Of a DNA stretch of 64,000 nt, positions 36,641 to 47,125 are shown in pieces (position 1 is the stretch's first letter; each line of letters begins with the position of its first letter). The position numbers and the translations under genes were made by a program. The notes under the pieces were generated by a model, which was not told the origin of the DNA, made no database searches, and saw only the letters and a list, made by a program, of their open reading frames with translations. The stretch lies in the sequence record SRR20825015_191; one strand, given 5' to 3'.

Positions 36641-37747
36641 TTACTTATCGAGCACGTTGTCGGGCAATTTTGGCACCAGCAGCTTGGGGCGAGCCGCGGG
36701 TGTCTTGATGGTGACGTGACGTCCGCTGTGGGAAGACTTTTCGAAAGCGGCCATGACTTCGACGACGTGGGTCACCAGTTCGCCATTACAACGGTATTTG
36801 CGGCGACGGCGAAGAATTGAATAAGCCATGTCGGCCACCCCGGTGCCACGCAGGCGTTGATCCGAGTGAGTGAGGGGATGATCGGTGAATTCGTCCTCGC
36901 CCATCCGCTTGATGCTGACAGGACCCTCGAAGGTATTGGGATTCGGCACGAGCATCGTGCCTTCGCTGCCGTAAAGCGTGATGAAGGAGCGGTCCTTGGC
37001 GGGGAGAACATCAAAGCTCATGATGATGGTCACGATGGCTCCGTTGGCGAATTCCATCGTGCCGGCATAATGGGTGGGCACTTCCACTTTCACCTTTTTA
37101 CCCGCCAGAGGTTTGCTGGTGATCGTGCGATGTTTGAAGGAGGCCTTGGTCGAACCACTGACCCGTTTAACCGGACCCAACAGATTGACGAGAGCGGTGA
37201 TGTAATAAGGGCCCATATCGAACATCGGACCGCCGCCTTGCTGGTAATAAAACTCCGGGGCGGGATGCCAGGATTCATGGCCGCGCCCCATGCAGTAAGC
37301 CGTGCCGGCGACGGGTTTACCGATCAAACCGTCGTCGAGTAATTGACGTGATGTTTGACTCCCTCCACCGAGGAAGGTATCGGGTGCTCCGCCGACGAGG
37401 AGATTCTTGCGTTTGGCGAGTGCGAGCACGCGTTTGGCCTCCTTTACATTGAGGCCGAAGGGTTTTTCCACATAGGCGTGCTTGCCGGCGTTAAGGATCT
37501 GTTCGTTGACCGAGGCATGGGCTTGAGGAATCGTGAGATTGACGATGATCTCGACCTCGGGGTCGACGAGCAACTCATCCACGGTGCAGGCGCGCACGCC
37601 GTATTCCTTGGCTTTTTCCTGAGCGCGCTTGAGATCGAGATCAGCACAGGCGACCAGATCGAGGACGTCGTAATTTTTGCAGCCGGTGAAATAGGCTTTG
37701 CTGATATTGCCGCAGCCGATGAGACCGATTTTAACCTGACGGGACAT
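36641..37747 (-). CDS. Gfo/Idh/MocA family oxidoreductase
   Basis: IGLIGCGNIS, NLTIPQAH, GKHAYVEKP, APDTFLG, GGGPMFDMGPYY; true start ATG 37747 (MSRQVK). Confidence 0.95.
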   Translation of the reverse strand: MSRQVKIGLIGCGNISKAYFTGCKNYDVLDLVACADLDLKRAQEKAKEYGVRACTVDELLVDPEVEIIVNLTIPQAHASVNEQILNAGKHAYVEKPFGLNVKEAKRVLALAKRKNLLVGGAPDTFLGGGSQTSRQLLDDGLIGKPVAGTAYCMGRGHESWHPAPEFYYQQGGGPMFDMGPYYITALVNLLGPVKRVSGSTKASFKHRTITSKPLAGKKVKVEVPTHYAGTMEFANGAIVTIIMSFDVLPAKDRSFITLYGSEGTMLVPNPNTFEGPVSIKRMGEDEFTDHPLTHSDQRLRGTGVADMAYSILRRRRKYRCNGELVTHVVEVMAAFEKSSHSGRHVTIKTPAARPKLLVPKLPDNVLDK

Positions 37748-37785
37748 AGAGATAGGAGGGGATTTGAGGGTGAAAGTGACCGCGA

Positions 37786-38457
37786 TTACTTTGTGGGCAT
37801 GGGCCCGAACTGATCGTTGAAAGTGTGGTAGCCTTGGGCGTCTGTGAGCATGGTGTCGAGAGTGTTGACCAGGGTTTCGCGATTTATGACGCCGGAAAAC
37901 ACCGCTTGGTCGCCAATCGAACTGGCAATGATGAAGGCGGGACGCTGGGTGAGTTGATGGGCGTGGAATTCGGCGGTGCTGGCGGCGATGCGCTCGCGCA
38001 CGGCGGCAGAGGTCGCGGCAGCACGAAGTTGGTCCGCATTGAGCGAAAATTCGCGGGAAGCGATGGCGAGTGAGATTTCGATATCCCCTACTTTTTGGCC
38101 TTCCTGCAAGGCGGCACGGGCGAGCGCGCGGCGGAGGGAATCGTCGGTGCATCCGAAATCGCGGCCGGCTTCGGCTACGAGTAGCGGGGCTTCATAGTTG
38201 CCCCGGCGTTCCTCTTCAAACCAGTCGGGGGTCAATCGGGGTGCCTGGGGTTGGAGAGAACCGCTTCGTTGGTAGAGCCAGGCGCATTGTCGGTTTGAAA
38301 CCGGAAAATCCTCGCGATTCATCTGGGCAATTTTCCATCCAAAATCGACATGTCCGTCGTAACGTTGTTGGAGATCATCCCAAACCGGCTCCACATAAGT
38401 GCACCAGGAGGACATGAGATCGAGATAGTAGGTGATCTGTAGTAGGGGAGCGCTCAT
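37786..38457 (-). CDS. DsbA/FrnE-like thioredoxin-fold protein (SxxC variant)
   Basis: ITYYLDLMSSWC at the usual CxxC position; QRPAFII cis-Pro-like loop. Confidence 0.8.
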   Translation of the reverse strand: MSAPLLQITYYLDLMSSWCTYVEPVWDDLQQRYDGHVDFGWKIAQMNREDFPVSNRQCAWLYQRSGSLQPQAPRLTPDWFEEERRGNYEAPLLVAEAGRDFGCTDDSLRRALARAALQEGQKVGDIEISLAIASREFSLNADQLRAAATSAAVRERIAASTAEFHAHQLTQRPAFIIASSIGDQAVFSGVINRETLVNTLDTMLTDAQGYHTFNDQFGPMPTK

Positions 38458-38555
38458 GAGGTAAGAATTGGAGCTGTGGAATGTGGGTCAATGCGGGGTT
38501 GGCCAATGATTTCAGAAACTTGCATCTTTGGTGAGAGGAGCAAGAATGGGTCGCA

Positions 38556-39275
38556 ATGGACGTCAGTTTAACGACTCTTGCGACGGCAGTTGAATCGGAT
38601 GTCGCACCGGGATTTGCCGGGGTATGGTTTGTATTGGTCGTGGCGTCGGTCGCAGTGTCACTCTATCTGTGGCGAAGATTGGAAGGGGATCGCACCTATC
38701 TGTATTATGCGGGCTATGTGGGTATGGTGGGAGTGATGAGTTTGATCAATCACGTGTGGGAACCGTTGTTTGCGGAGATGTGGGGAGACAAATTCGTGGA
38801 TCTGAATAACTTCATGCACTTGCCCTATGCGTTTTCCTACCTGCTGTTTGTAAAATGCTATTTCAGGGTTGGGACGCTCGGGGTGGGCTGGGCCCGGTTT
38901 TTATCCGGGATGCAATGGGCTTATGGGGTGGCTTTTTTGTGGTGGGCTGTGGGTTTTTTGATCAACGACACCCTCGGAAGCGAATGGGGGATTTTGTCGT
39001 GTAATTTAGTAAACTTGATCAGCTCGATTATCCTTGCGGGGGTGGCGACGAATGATGAACGCGCCGGGGCCAGGGAATTTCTCTATGCCAGTCTGCCCTT
39101 AATGGTGTGTGGTCTGGTGTTGGTCGCGCAGTTTTTGTCCGATGGGGGACCGATGGGTCCGGGGTTACTCGCTTTTCGCGCGGGATTCATCATGCATGTG
39201 ATGATTTTCCTGATCGCGCTCAGTGTGCGTTATCGAGATCTGCGGACTCTGGGGGACAGTAACCGGCCCTTTTAG
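38556..39275 (+). CDS. stand-alone 7TM (7TMR-DISM-like) membrane protein
   Basis: Seven hydrophobic segments; DRTYLYYAGY, GAREFLYA and C-terminal IALSVRYRDL resemble 7TMR-DISM_7TM. Confidence 0.7.
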   Translation: MDVSLTTLATAVESDVAPGFAGVWFVLVVASVAVSLYLWRRLEGDRTYLYYAGYVGMVGVMSLINHVWEPLFAEMWGDKFVDLNNFMHLPYAFSYLLFVKCYFRVGTLGVGWARFLSGMQWAYGVAFLWWAVGFLINDTLGSEWGILSCNLVNLISSIILAGVATNDERAGAREFLYASLPLMVCGLVLVAQFLSDGGPMGPGLLAFRAGFIMHVMIFLIALSVRYRDLRTLGDSNRPF

Positions 39276-39294
39276 GCGGATAAGAAAAGGGCGT

Positions 39295-40044
39295 TTATTT
39301 ACCAAAGAGTTTCTTGATGCCTTCGCCGGTCTTTTTGACGGCATCCCCGGCGGTATTGGCCGCACCGGCACCGATGGTTCCGCCGGCTTTGAGGGCGGCT
39401 TTGCCGGTTGCACCGACGATATCGGCGAGCACGCTTCTCATGACGACTCCGGCCAATTGATCTGGCGTAATGCCATTTTCTTTTACTCCCAGATCGTCGA
39501 GAGAAATTGGGGGTAAGGGGACGGGAATCGCGGCGGGACCAGCGCCCAGTTTGGCGATGCCGTTGGTGAGACGGAATTTTTTGACAATGAATTTGATGGG
39601 TTCACCGCTTTCGGTGGTGGGATTTTCTCCGTCTTGATCTCCGTTGGCGAACGCCTCGATGTTTTCCAGGAGAGCCTTGATGTTGCTCGAAACGATTTTC
39701 GTTTCGTAAACGAATTCCGGCTGATCGATGACAATTTCCTCGATGACAATGTGGTCTCCGAAAATCGAAAACGGCTCCACGTTGATATGGATTTTACCGA
39801 GATAAAATGCGTTGCGATCGCTCCAGCCATCGGGATTGCCGACGGCGAGACCTTTGAGTGTTCCCGAACCGGTAAATGGCGAAACATGCGCGCTGGAGAG
39901 TTGAACCGTCGTCTGGGTGAGTTTGGGGGCGAAAGTGGTGACACCGGCCTTCACGACCGAACCGAGAAAGAAGCTTAGCCCGATGTAGACGACAATACTG
40001 AGGGCGACGATGGCACCGAGACTGATCTTAAATTTCTTTTTCAT
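39295..40044 (-). CDS. AsmA-like / DUF748-like protein
   Basis: N-terminal anchor, GLAVGNPDGW, beta-rich body, ends GIKKLFGK. Confidence 0.75.
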   Translation of the reverse strand: MKKKFKISLGAIVALSIVVYIGLSFFLGSVVKAGVTTFAPKLTQTTVQLSSAHVSPFTGSGTLKGLAVGNPDGWSDRNAFYLGKIHINVEPFSIFGDHIVIEEIVIDQPEFVYETKIVSSNIKALLENIEAFANGDQDGENPTTESGEPIKFIVKKFRLTNGIAKLGAGPAAIPVPLPPISLDDLGVKENGITPDQLAGVVMRSVLADIVGATGKAALKAGGTIGAGAANTAGDAVKKTGEGIKKLFGK

Positions 40045-40180
40045 GGGCTAACTATTGCGGAACTTCCGGGAAATCGGCAAGCTCCTCAAAGGACCATCCT
40101 GGATCTCTGTTTACGGATTCTAAACCTGAAATTTTCTGAACTCTCACCCCGTAGCTGTCTCCCAAAATTCTGATACCATT

Positions 40181-41611
40181 ATGCGCAAACCGGATATTCT
40201 TCTCATCATGACCGATCAGCAGCGGGGCGACTGCCTGAGTATCGAAGATCATCCGGTGTTGATGACGCCGACCATGGACAGCCTTGGAGGAAGTGGCGTG
40301 CGGTTTCGGCGGGCCTATAGCACCTGTCCCGTCTGCATCCCCGCGCGACGTTCGTTGATGTCGGGTCAATTTCCCTCAACTCACGGGGTGGTGGGTTATC
40401 AGGATGGGCAGGAATGGGATGCGACCCGGAGTTTGCCCAACGTGTTGCGGAATGCGGGGTATCACACTTATTTGGCGGGGCGCGACATGCACCAGTATCC
40501 CGTGCGTAAGCGTTACGGATACGACCACATGGTGGTGTTGAATGATTATCGCCGTTGGTTGGAGCGTCAGGTGCCGGTTGATACCTTTCAGCCCGAGGGT
40601 GGGATGATGGGCGATTACTACGCGACCGGCGTGATGAACAATGATTGGACGGCACGACCGTGGCATCTCGACGAATCACTGCATCATACGAATTGGACCG
40701 TGAGCGAATCGCTGAAGTTTTTGCAGACGCGCGATCCTTCGTGTCCCTATTTTTTAACGGTTTCCTTTCTCGCGCCGCATCCGCCACTGGTGCCGCCAGC
40801 CTGTTATCTGGATCGCTACTTGCGAGAGGAATTGCCGTCGCCGGCGATCGGAGATTGGGCCGAAGCTCCCGAGCACGATGGCAAAGGGAATGATCCCGAG
40901 AGCTATCGTGTGAATCTGCAGGGACTCGCGTTAAAGACGGCGCGGGCCGCCTACTACGGCATGATCAACCATATCGACGATCAGATGCGACGCCTGCTCA
41001 ATCCGATCAATGGCGTGGATCGCGACAACACGATCATCATCTTTGTGAGCGATCACGGCGAAATGCTCGGCGATCATTACCGCTGGCGTAAGGCCGCCCC
41101 TTTTGAAGGTTCGGCGCGAATCCCTTTTCTCATTAGCGCGCCGGAACGGTTCGGCTTGAAAAAACGTCTCGTGGTCGATCAACCCGTTTGCCTCGAAGAT
41201 CTGATGCCCACCTTACTTGAGATGATCGGTGAAGAGCCGGTGGAGGGCGTGGATGGTCGCAGTGTTTGGCCATTGATGCGGGGGGAGGAGACTCCGTGGC
41301 GCGAGCACCTGCATATCGAGCATTCCGAATTGGAAGGCCAAGAGGGCATTGGGCACCACGCGCTGACCGACGGGAAAGAAAAATATATCTGGTTCACCCA
41401 AGACGGCCGTGAGCACCTCTTTGATTTGCGAGCCGATCCGCTGGAACTGCGCGATTTGGCGTCCGATCCAGCCTGCGCTGACCGGGTGAGCACGTGGCGT
41501 GAGCGGTTGATTACCGAACTGACTGATCGCCCGGAAGGCTTCACGGACGGGGAAAAGTTAATCGCCGGGCGCCCTTATCCGACGGTAATGAAGGATAAGG
41601 CTGGTCAGTGA
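40181..41611 (+). CDS. Cys-type (formylglycine) sulfatase
   Basis: IMTDQQRGD, CIPARRSLMSG (CxPxR), PHPP, SDHGEMLGDH. Confidence 0.95.
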   Translation: MRKPDILLIMTDQQRGDCLSIEDHPVLMTPTMDSLGGSGVRFRRAYSTCPVCIPARRSLMSGQFPSTHGVVGYQDGQEWDATRSLPNVLRNAGYHTYLAGRDMHQYPVRKRYGYDHMVVLNDYRRWLERQVPVDTFQPEGGMMGDYYATGVMNNDWTARPWHLDESLHHTNWTVSESLKFLQTRDPSCPYFLTVSFLAPHPPLVPPACYLDRYLREELPSPAIGDWAEAPEHDGKGNDPESYRVNLQGLALKTARAAYYGMINHIDDQMRRLLNPINGVDRDNTIIIFVSDHGEMLGDHYRWRKAAPFEGSARIPFLISAPERFGLKKRLVVDQPVCLEDLMPTLLEMIGEEPVEGVDGRSVWPLMRGEETPWREHLHIEHSELEGQEGIGHHALTDGKEKYIWFTQDGREHLFDLRADPLELRDLASDPACADRVSTWRERLITELTDRPEGFTDGEKLIAGRPYPTVMKDKAGQ

Positions 41612-41681
41612 AGCTCGACCAATTTCATAGTCTCCCCTTCCTTCCCTGAACTGAACCGCTTTTACGTATTCCGACACCTAC

Positions 41682-43523
41682 ATGGGCACAGCATATACCG
41701 AATCCAGCATTAAAACCCTCTCTTCCACGGATCACATTCGCCTGCGACCGGGGATGTATATCGGGCGGCTGGGAAACGGAACCCATGCTGAAGATGGCAT
41801 CTATGTGCTGATTAAGGAAACGATCGACAACTCCATCGATGAATTCGCGATGGGGAACGGCAAGCGGATCGAAATACACATCCACGAGCGCACGGTCGTG
41901 GTGCGCGATTACGGTCGCGGCATCCCCTTGGGCAGACTTGCTGAATGTGTCTCGGTGATTAATACCGGTGCGAAATACGATAATAACGCGTTTCAAAAAG
42001 CCGTTGGTCTGAACGGAGTCGGCCAAAAGGCGGTCAATGCCCTTTCGCTTGAATACCGCGCCCAATCCGTGCGGGAAGGTAAAACCAAGGTAGTCGAATT
42101 CAGCCAGGGCAAGCTCGCGACGGATCACAATATCGTGAAATCCACGGAGCGCGATGGCACGATCATCGAGTTTACGCCGGACGAATCGCTCTTCGGAAAA
42201 GATTTCCGGTTCCGGATGGAATACATCGAGGACATGTTGTGGAACTACGCGTTTCTCAATCGCGGCCTCACCCTGAGCCTCAACGGTAAACCCTTCAAAT
42301 CGACCAACGGATTAAAGGATCTCCTCGAGAAAAATCTCACGGGAGACACGCTCTATCCCATCGTTCATCTCGAAGGTGAGGATATCGAAATTGCGCTGAC
42401 CCACGGGGCGCATTACGGTGAGGAATACTTTTCCTTTGTGAATGGCCAACACACCACGATGGGTGGGACGCACCAGCTCGCGTTTCGCGAGGCCTTCGTG
42501 AAGACCGTGCGCAATTTCTATAAAAAGGATTTCGATGCGGCCGATATCCGCCAGTCGATTATCGCGGCGATTTCCATTCGGGTGCAGGAGCCGGTGTTTG
42601 AATCGCAGACCAAGACGAAGCTGGGTTCGAGCGAGGTCGGTCCGAACGGCCCGACAATCAAGGAATTTATCGGTAAATTTGTGCAGCAGGAACTCGATGT
42701 TTACCTGCACAAGAACAAAGAGTCAGCCGACGCGTTACTCTCGCGCATCCAGGAGAGCGAACGCGAACGCAAGGATCTCGTCGGCATTCGTAAACTCGCG
42801 AAGGACCGCGCCAAAAAGGCCAATCTGCATAATCGCAAGCTGCGCGACTGCCGGCAGCATCTCGGTCAGAAGGGGAGCCGGAATGAGGAAAGCTCCCTCT
42901 TTATCGTGGAGGGTGATTCCGCGGCGGGATCGCTCACCAGTTGCCGCGACGTGCAGACCCAAGCGGTGTTCGCATTGAAGGGAAAGCCGCTCAATACCTT
43001 CGGACTGAAGAAAAAAGTCATCTACGAGAACGAAGAATTCCACCTCCTCCAATCCGCGTTGAACATCGAGGATGGGTTGGACGGGTTGCGGTATAATAAA
43101 GTGATTATCGCGACCGATGCCGACGTGGACGGGATGCACATTCGCCTGTTGTTGCTCTCATTCTTTGTGAAGTTTTTTCCTGACCTGATCACCCGGGGGC
43201 ACCTTTCGATTCTCGAAACGCCCTTGTTCCGCGTGCGGAGCAAGAAAGTCACCCATTACTGTTACTCCGATGAAGAGAGAAGGGATGCGATGGCGAAAAT
43301 CGGAAAGGCTGCGGAGGTGACCCGCTTTAAGGGTCTCGGGGAGATTTCCGCCGGAGAATTCAAAGATTTTATCGGCGAGAATATTCGCCTCGAACCCGTC
43401 TCTTTGAGTCATCTGCAAGACAGCGACGAGCTGCTCTCCTTCTACATGGGGAAGAACACGATGGAGCGACAGAAATTCATTATTGATAACCTTTACGTCG
43501 AGAAAGACGTCATCGAAGCCTAA
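41682..43523 (+). CDS. parE: type IIA topoisomerase subunit B (topoisomerase IV ParE-like)
   Basis: [56 protein letters not shown]. Confidence 0.9.
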   Translation: MGTAYTESSIKTLSSTDHIRLRPGMYIGRLGNGTHAEDGIYVLIKETIDNSIDEFAMGNGKRIEIHIHERTVVVRDYGRGIPLGRLAECVSVINTGAKYDNNAFQKAVGLNGVGQKAVNALSLEYRAQSVREGKTKVVEFSQGKLATDHNIVKSTERDGTIIEFTPDESLFGKDFRFRMEYIEDMLWNYAFLNRGLTLSLNGKPFKSTNGLKDLLEKNLTGDTLYPIVHLEGEDIEIALTHGAHYGEEYFSFVNGQHTTMGGTHQLAFREAFVKTVRNFYKKDFDAADIRQSIIAAISIRVQEPVFESQTKTKLGSSEVGPNGPTIKEFIGKFVQQELDVYLHKNKESADALLSRIQESERERKDLVGIRKLAKDRAKKANLHNRKLRDCRQHLGQKGSRNEESSLFIVEGDSAAGSLTSCRDVQTQAVFALKGKPLNTFGLKKKVIYENEEFHLLQSALNIEDGLDGLRYNKVIIATDADVDGMHIRLLLLSFFVKFFPDLITRGHLSILETPLFRVRSKKVTHYCYSDEERRDAMAKIGKAAEVTRFKGLGEISAGEFKDFIGENIRLEPVSLSHLQDSDELLSFYMGKNTMERQKFIIDNLYVEKDVIEA

Positions 43524-43541
43524 CCCTTTTTAATCGCCTCA

Positions 43542-45647
43542 ATGGCCAAACGAAACTCTTCCGATAATTCCGATCAACCTGAACTCCCTCTCGATCCAGA
43601 GGAAAGCACCGCCGCGGAATCCGATTCCGAGGTGGGGGAGGTCGCTCCTGGGAACGACGCACTGCAAGTTGACGACGATGGCGATGACACGCCGCCGACC
43701 GAAAAGACGAGTTTAGGTGAAGCTCCGCTCGCGGGGCATTACCGGAAGTGGTATCTCGAATATGCGAGTTACGTGATTCTTGATCGCGCGGTGCCCCACA
43801 TCGCCGACGGATTGAAACCCGTGCAACGGCGCGTGCTGCACACGTTGTGGGATATGGATGACGGGCGTTTCCACAAGGTGGCCAATGTGGTGGGCGCGAC
43901 GATGCGTTTTCACCCGCATGGTGATGCTTCGATCTGCGCGGCCCTTGTGGCGATTGCGCAACGCGGTTGGTTGATTGAACCTCAGGGTAATTTCGGTAAC
44001 TCGCTGACCGGTGATGATGCGGCTGCTTCGCGTTATATCGAAGCGCGTCTCACGCCTTTTGCCCGCGAGGTGCTCTTCAATCCGAAGACGACCACCTGGC
44101 AGCTCAGTTACGATGGTCGCGCCAAGGAACCAGTGACGTTACCAGCTAAATTTCCGATCACCCTGCTCGAAGGAGCTGAGGGGATCGCGGTAGGGCTTTC
44201 GACCAAGATTTTGCCGCACAACTTCAATGATTTGTGCCGTGCCTCGATCAATCACCTGCAGGGAAAAACGTTTCGGATCTTTCCGGATTTCCCCAATGGC
44301 GGTCTGGCTGATTTTTCGGAATACAATGACGGCGAGCGGGGCGGAAAGGTGAAGATCCGCGCGAAGATCGAGAAGCGATCGAAGACCCTGCTCGCAATTA
44401 CGGAACTCCCGCATGGCACGAATACGGTATCGCTGATCGAGTCGATCCTCGCGGCCAACACCAAGGGGAAAATCAAGATCAAGCACGTCGATGACAATAC
44501 GGCTGATCAGGTGGAAATTCTCGTGCACCTGCCTCCTGGCAGCAAACCGGACAAGGTGATCCAGCAGCTCTACGTTTTCACCAACTGCCAGATGAGCCTC
44601 TCGCCGGCGGCGTGCATTATCCAGGACGATAAACCGCACTTTATCGGCGTGAAAGAGATCCTCCGCCGCAGTGTGGATCGCACGGTCGCGCTCCTGAAAT
44701 CGGAGCTCGAGATCAGATTGGGTGAACTGGAACAGCAGTGGCACTGGGATTCGCTGGAACGCATCTTTATTGAGGAGCGCATCTATCGCCGCATTGAAAA
44801 ATCGAAGACCTGGGAAGAAGTCCTCAAGGAGATTCACGAAGGTTTAAAACCGTTCATCAAAGGACTGAAACGGGAGGTTACCGACGATGATGTTGTGCGG
44901 TTGACCGAGATCCGGATTAAACGGATCTCTGCTTACAACCGCTTTAAAGCTGACGAGCAGATCCAAAAAATCGAAGAAGAGATCAAGTCGGTGAAGCACG
45001 ATCTAAAGCACTTGATTGAATACGCGATCAAGTGGTTCGAAGCGATTCAAGCAAAGTATGGCAAGGGGATCAAACGCCGCACTTCCTACGACGAGATTGA
45101 ACAGATCAACGCCGCCGATGTGGTCTCCGCCAATCAGCGACTCTATGTTAATCGTAATGAGGGCTTCATCGGTCTTAACTGGCGTCAGCACGATTTCGTC
45201 AAGGAATGCACGATCATGGACAGTGTGCTGTGTATCATGAAGGACGGTTCCCTGAAGGTCAGCAAGGTGGCCGACAAGGTGTTCATGGGACGCCACATCA
45301 TCCACATCGATATTTGGCCGCAGGACGGGGACGCGAATTTTTACACGCTGGTTTATCAGGACAAGGCATCGGGAAAGGCCTTTGCCAAACGCTTCCAGAT
45401 CGGCGGGCTCTCCCGCGACAAGCTCTATCCGCTCATCAAGAGCGAGGGCTCCAAGATCGTGTTTTTCAAAGTGAGTCCGGACGAAAAATCGATGCCGCAA
45501 TCGCTGCACATCGGTCTCGATGGCCGCGGGGGCGCACGCATCCGCGAATTCGATTTCGACCTCACCAAGGTCCCCGTGAGCACGCGCAGTGCGAAAGGAC
45601 TGACCGTCACGAAGTGGAATATCAAATCGGTGAAAGTGGTCGAGTGA
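43542..45647 (+). CDS. parC: type IIA topoisomerase subunit A (topoisomerase IV ParC-like, short CTD)
   Basis: DRAVPHIADGLKPVQRR, FHPHGD, catalytic AASRYIEARL; short C-terminal domain with no evident GyrA box. Confidence 0.88.
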   Translation: MAKRNSSDNSDQPELPLDPEESTAAESDSEVGEVAPGNDALQVDDDGDDTPPTEKTSLGEAPLAGHYRKWYLEYASYVILDRAVPHIADGLKPVQRRVLHTLWDMDDGRFHKVANVVGATMRFHPHGDASICAALVAIAQRGWLIEPQGNFGNSLTGDDAAASRYIEARLTPFAREVLFNPKTTTWQLSYDGRAKEPVTLPAKFPITLLEGAEGIAVGLSTKILPHNFNDLCRASINHLQGKTFRIFPDFPNGGLADFSEYNDGERGGKVKIRAKIEKRSKTLLAITELPHGTNTVSLIESILAANTKGKIKIKHVDDNTADQVEILVHLPPGSKPDKVIQQLYVFTNCQMSLSPAACIIQDDKPHFIGVKEILRRSVDRTVALLKSELEIRLGELEQQWHWDSLERIFIEERIYRRIEKSKTWEEVLKEIHEGLKPFIKGLKREVTDDDVVRLTEIRIKRISAYNRFKADEQIQKIEEEIKSVKHDLKHLIEYAIKWFEAIQAKYGKGIKRRTSYDEIEQINAADVVSANQRLYVNRNEGFIGLNWRQHDFVKECTIMDSVLCIMKDGSLKVSKVADKVFMGRHIIHIDIWPQDGDANFYTLVYQDKASGKAFAKRFQIGGLSRDKLYPLIKSEGSKIVFFKVSPDEKSMPQSLHIGLDGRGGARIREFDFDLTKVPVSTRSAKGLTVTKWNIKSVKVVE

Positions 45648-45682
45648 GGCAGGCGTTCGTTGAACTCTGCTTCACTCAATTG

Positions 45683-46675
45683 CTATGCGGACAGGATGTT
45701 TTCAGCCTGCTCAATTTCATCATTTGTGAGCGGAGGCAGTTGCACACCGGCATGGACATCCTCGAGTTGGCTGACCTTGCTTGCGCCAATCAGCACAGTG
45801 GTGATTTCCGGTCGACGCAGTAGCCAGAGGACGGCGAATTGAGCGAGCGTGGCATTGCGTGAGGTGGCGAGCTTCTCGAGAGCCTTGATCTTCTTCACGA
45901 CGTCCGGGGTTATCCCGTTGGATTGGAGAAATCCCGTGGGCTTGGCCGCCCGTGAATCGGTGGGAATGCCGTCGAGATAGCGGTTGGTGAGCAGGCCTTG
46001 GGCAAGTGGTGAGAACGGAATGCAGCCTGCGCCGACTTCGGTAAGAGCGGGTAACAATTCGGGCTCAACCCAGCGGTTGAACATATTGTAGACCGGTTGA
46101 TGGATAAGGAGTGGCACGCCCATCTCGCGCAGGATCTTGGCGGCCTCGCGCGTGCGGTTGGCGTCATAGTTGGAGATGCCGGCATAGAGGGCCTTGCCGC
46201 TGCGCACGGCGGATACGAGCGCCCCCATGGTTTCCTCGAGTGGGGTTTCCAGATCGGGCCGATGATGATAAAAGATATCGACGTAGTCCAACTGCATACG
46301 CCGCAGGCTCTGCTCAAGCGAGGTGAGCACGTATTTGCGTGAACCCCAGTCCCCGTAGGGACCCTCCCACATGCCATATCCCGCCTTGGTCGAGATGACG
46401 AGCTCGTCGCGATAACCAGAGAAATCTTGTTGGAGAATGTTGCCGAAGTTTTCTTCGGCTGAGCCGGGAGGCGGTCCGTAATTATTGGCCAAGTCGAAAT
46501 GGGTGATGCCCAGATCGAAGGCTCGGTGCAGCAGAGCGCGTTGGTTATCCAGCGGGTCAACTCCACCGAAATTGTGCCAAAGTCCGAGTGAAATGAGTGG
46601 GAGCTTAAGACCGCTATGACCGCAACGGGCATAGGGCAGACGTTGATAGCGATCAGGTGCGGGTTGGTAGTGCAT
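45683..46675 (-). CDS. aldo/keto reductase (YghZ/Gpr, L-glyceraldehyde-3-phosphate reductase-like)
   Basis: SGLKLPLISLGLWHNFG, HFDLANNYGPPPGSAEENFG, STKAGY, DYVDIFYHHRPD, FSPLAQGLL. Confidence 0.93.
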   Translation of the reverse strand: MHYQPAPDRYQRLPYARCGHSGLKLPLISLGLWHNFGGVDPLDNQRALLHRAFDLGITHFDLANNYGPPPGSAEENFGNILQQDFSGYRDELVISTKAGYGMWEGPYGDWGSRKYVLTSLEQSLRRMQLDYVDIFYHHRPDLETPLEETMGALVSAVRSGKALYAGISNYDANRTREAAKILREMGVPLLIHQPVYNMFNRWVEPELLPALTEVGAGCIPFSPLAQGLLTNRYLDGIPTDSRAAKPTGFLQSNGITPDVVKKIKALEKLATSRNATLAQFAVLWLLRRPEITTVLIGASKVSQLEDVHAGVQLPPLTNDEIEQAENILSA

Positions 46676-47125
46676 GTCCTGATCACAGGTCGTTTAAGCA
46701 GAAACTCAAACCGTTCCTTCATCATTTCAGGCGTCATGCCGATTGTCCCCATCATCACGAGCAATCCCAAGGAACAGCCCTGACGAAATGGACCGGGAGA
46801 ACGGAGACACTTATCGATTAAGACCAGAGTGAGTGGAACGATCCCGGCCAAGGTCTCCATCCCATGCTTCCCCCGGCTATCGCTTCCAGTCACAACGATG
46901 ATCATCAAGGGGGACCGGATTGTTGAAGTGAGTCCACCCGGTGCACGGTGCTCCCTCCTCGAGAATCACGATTATTTAGGTAGAGGTGCCTCCTGCTGCT
47001 GTGTTGACCGGTGCGACCCGCAACACGGCGGCCGCGCTCAACCGATCAGATCCTCTTGGCGTGATAGTTCCCGGGAATTTATCGCGCTATCGGGTTTTAG
47101 GCCGATCGGGGATGTGTGATTAGGC

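Noticed and set aside
37748-38152. N-terminal extensions given by the ORF track (36641-38152, 47126-49213, 19201, 27407, 33086, 49006, 50295, 50758, 54430)
   Set aside because: They overlap neighbouring genes or terminators; family motifs begin at the downstream starts used in the feature list.
41682-45647. Calling the topoisomerase pair gyrB/gyrA
   Set aside because: The A subunit has a short C-terminal domain with no evident GyrA box; a ParE/ParC-like pair fits better.
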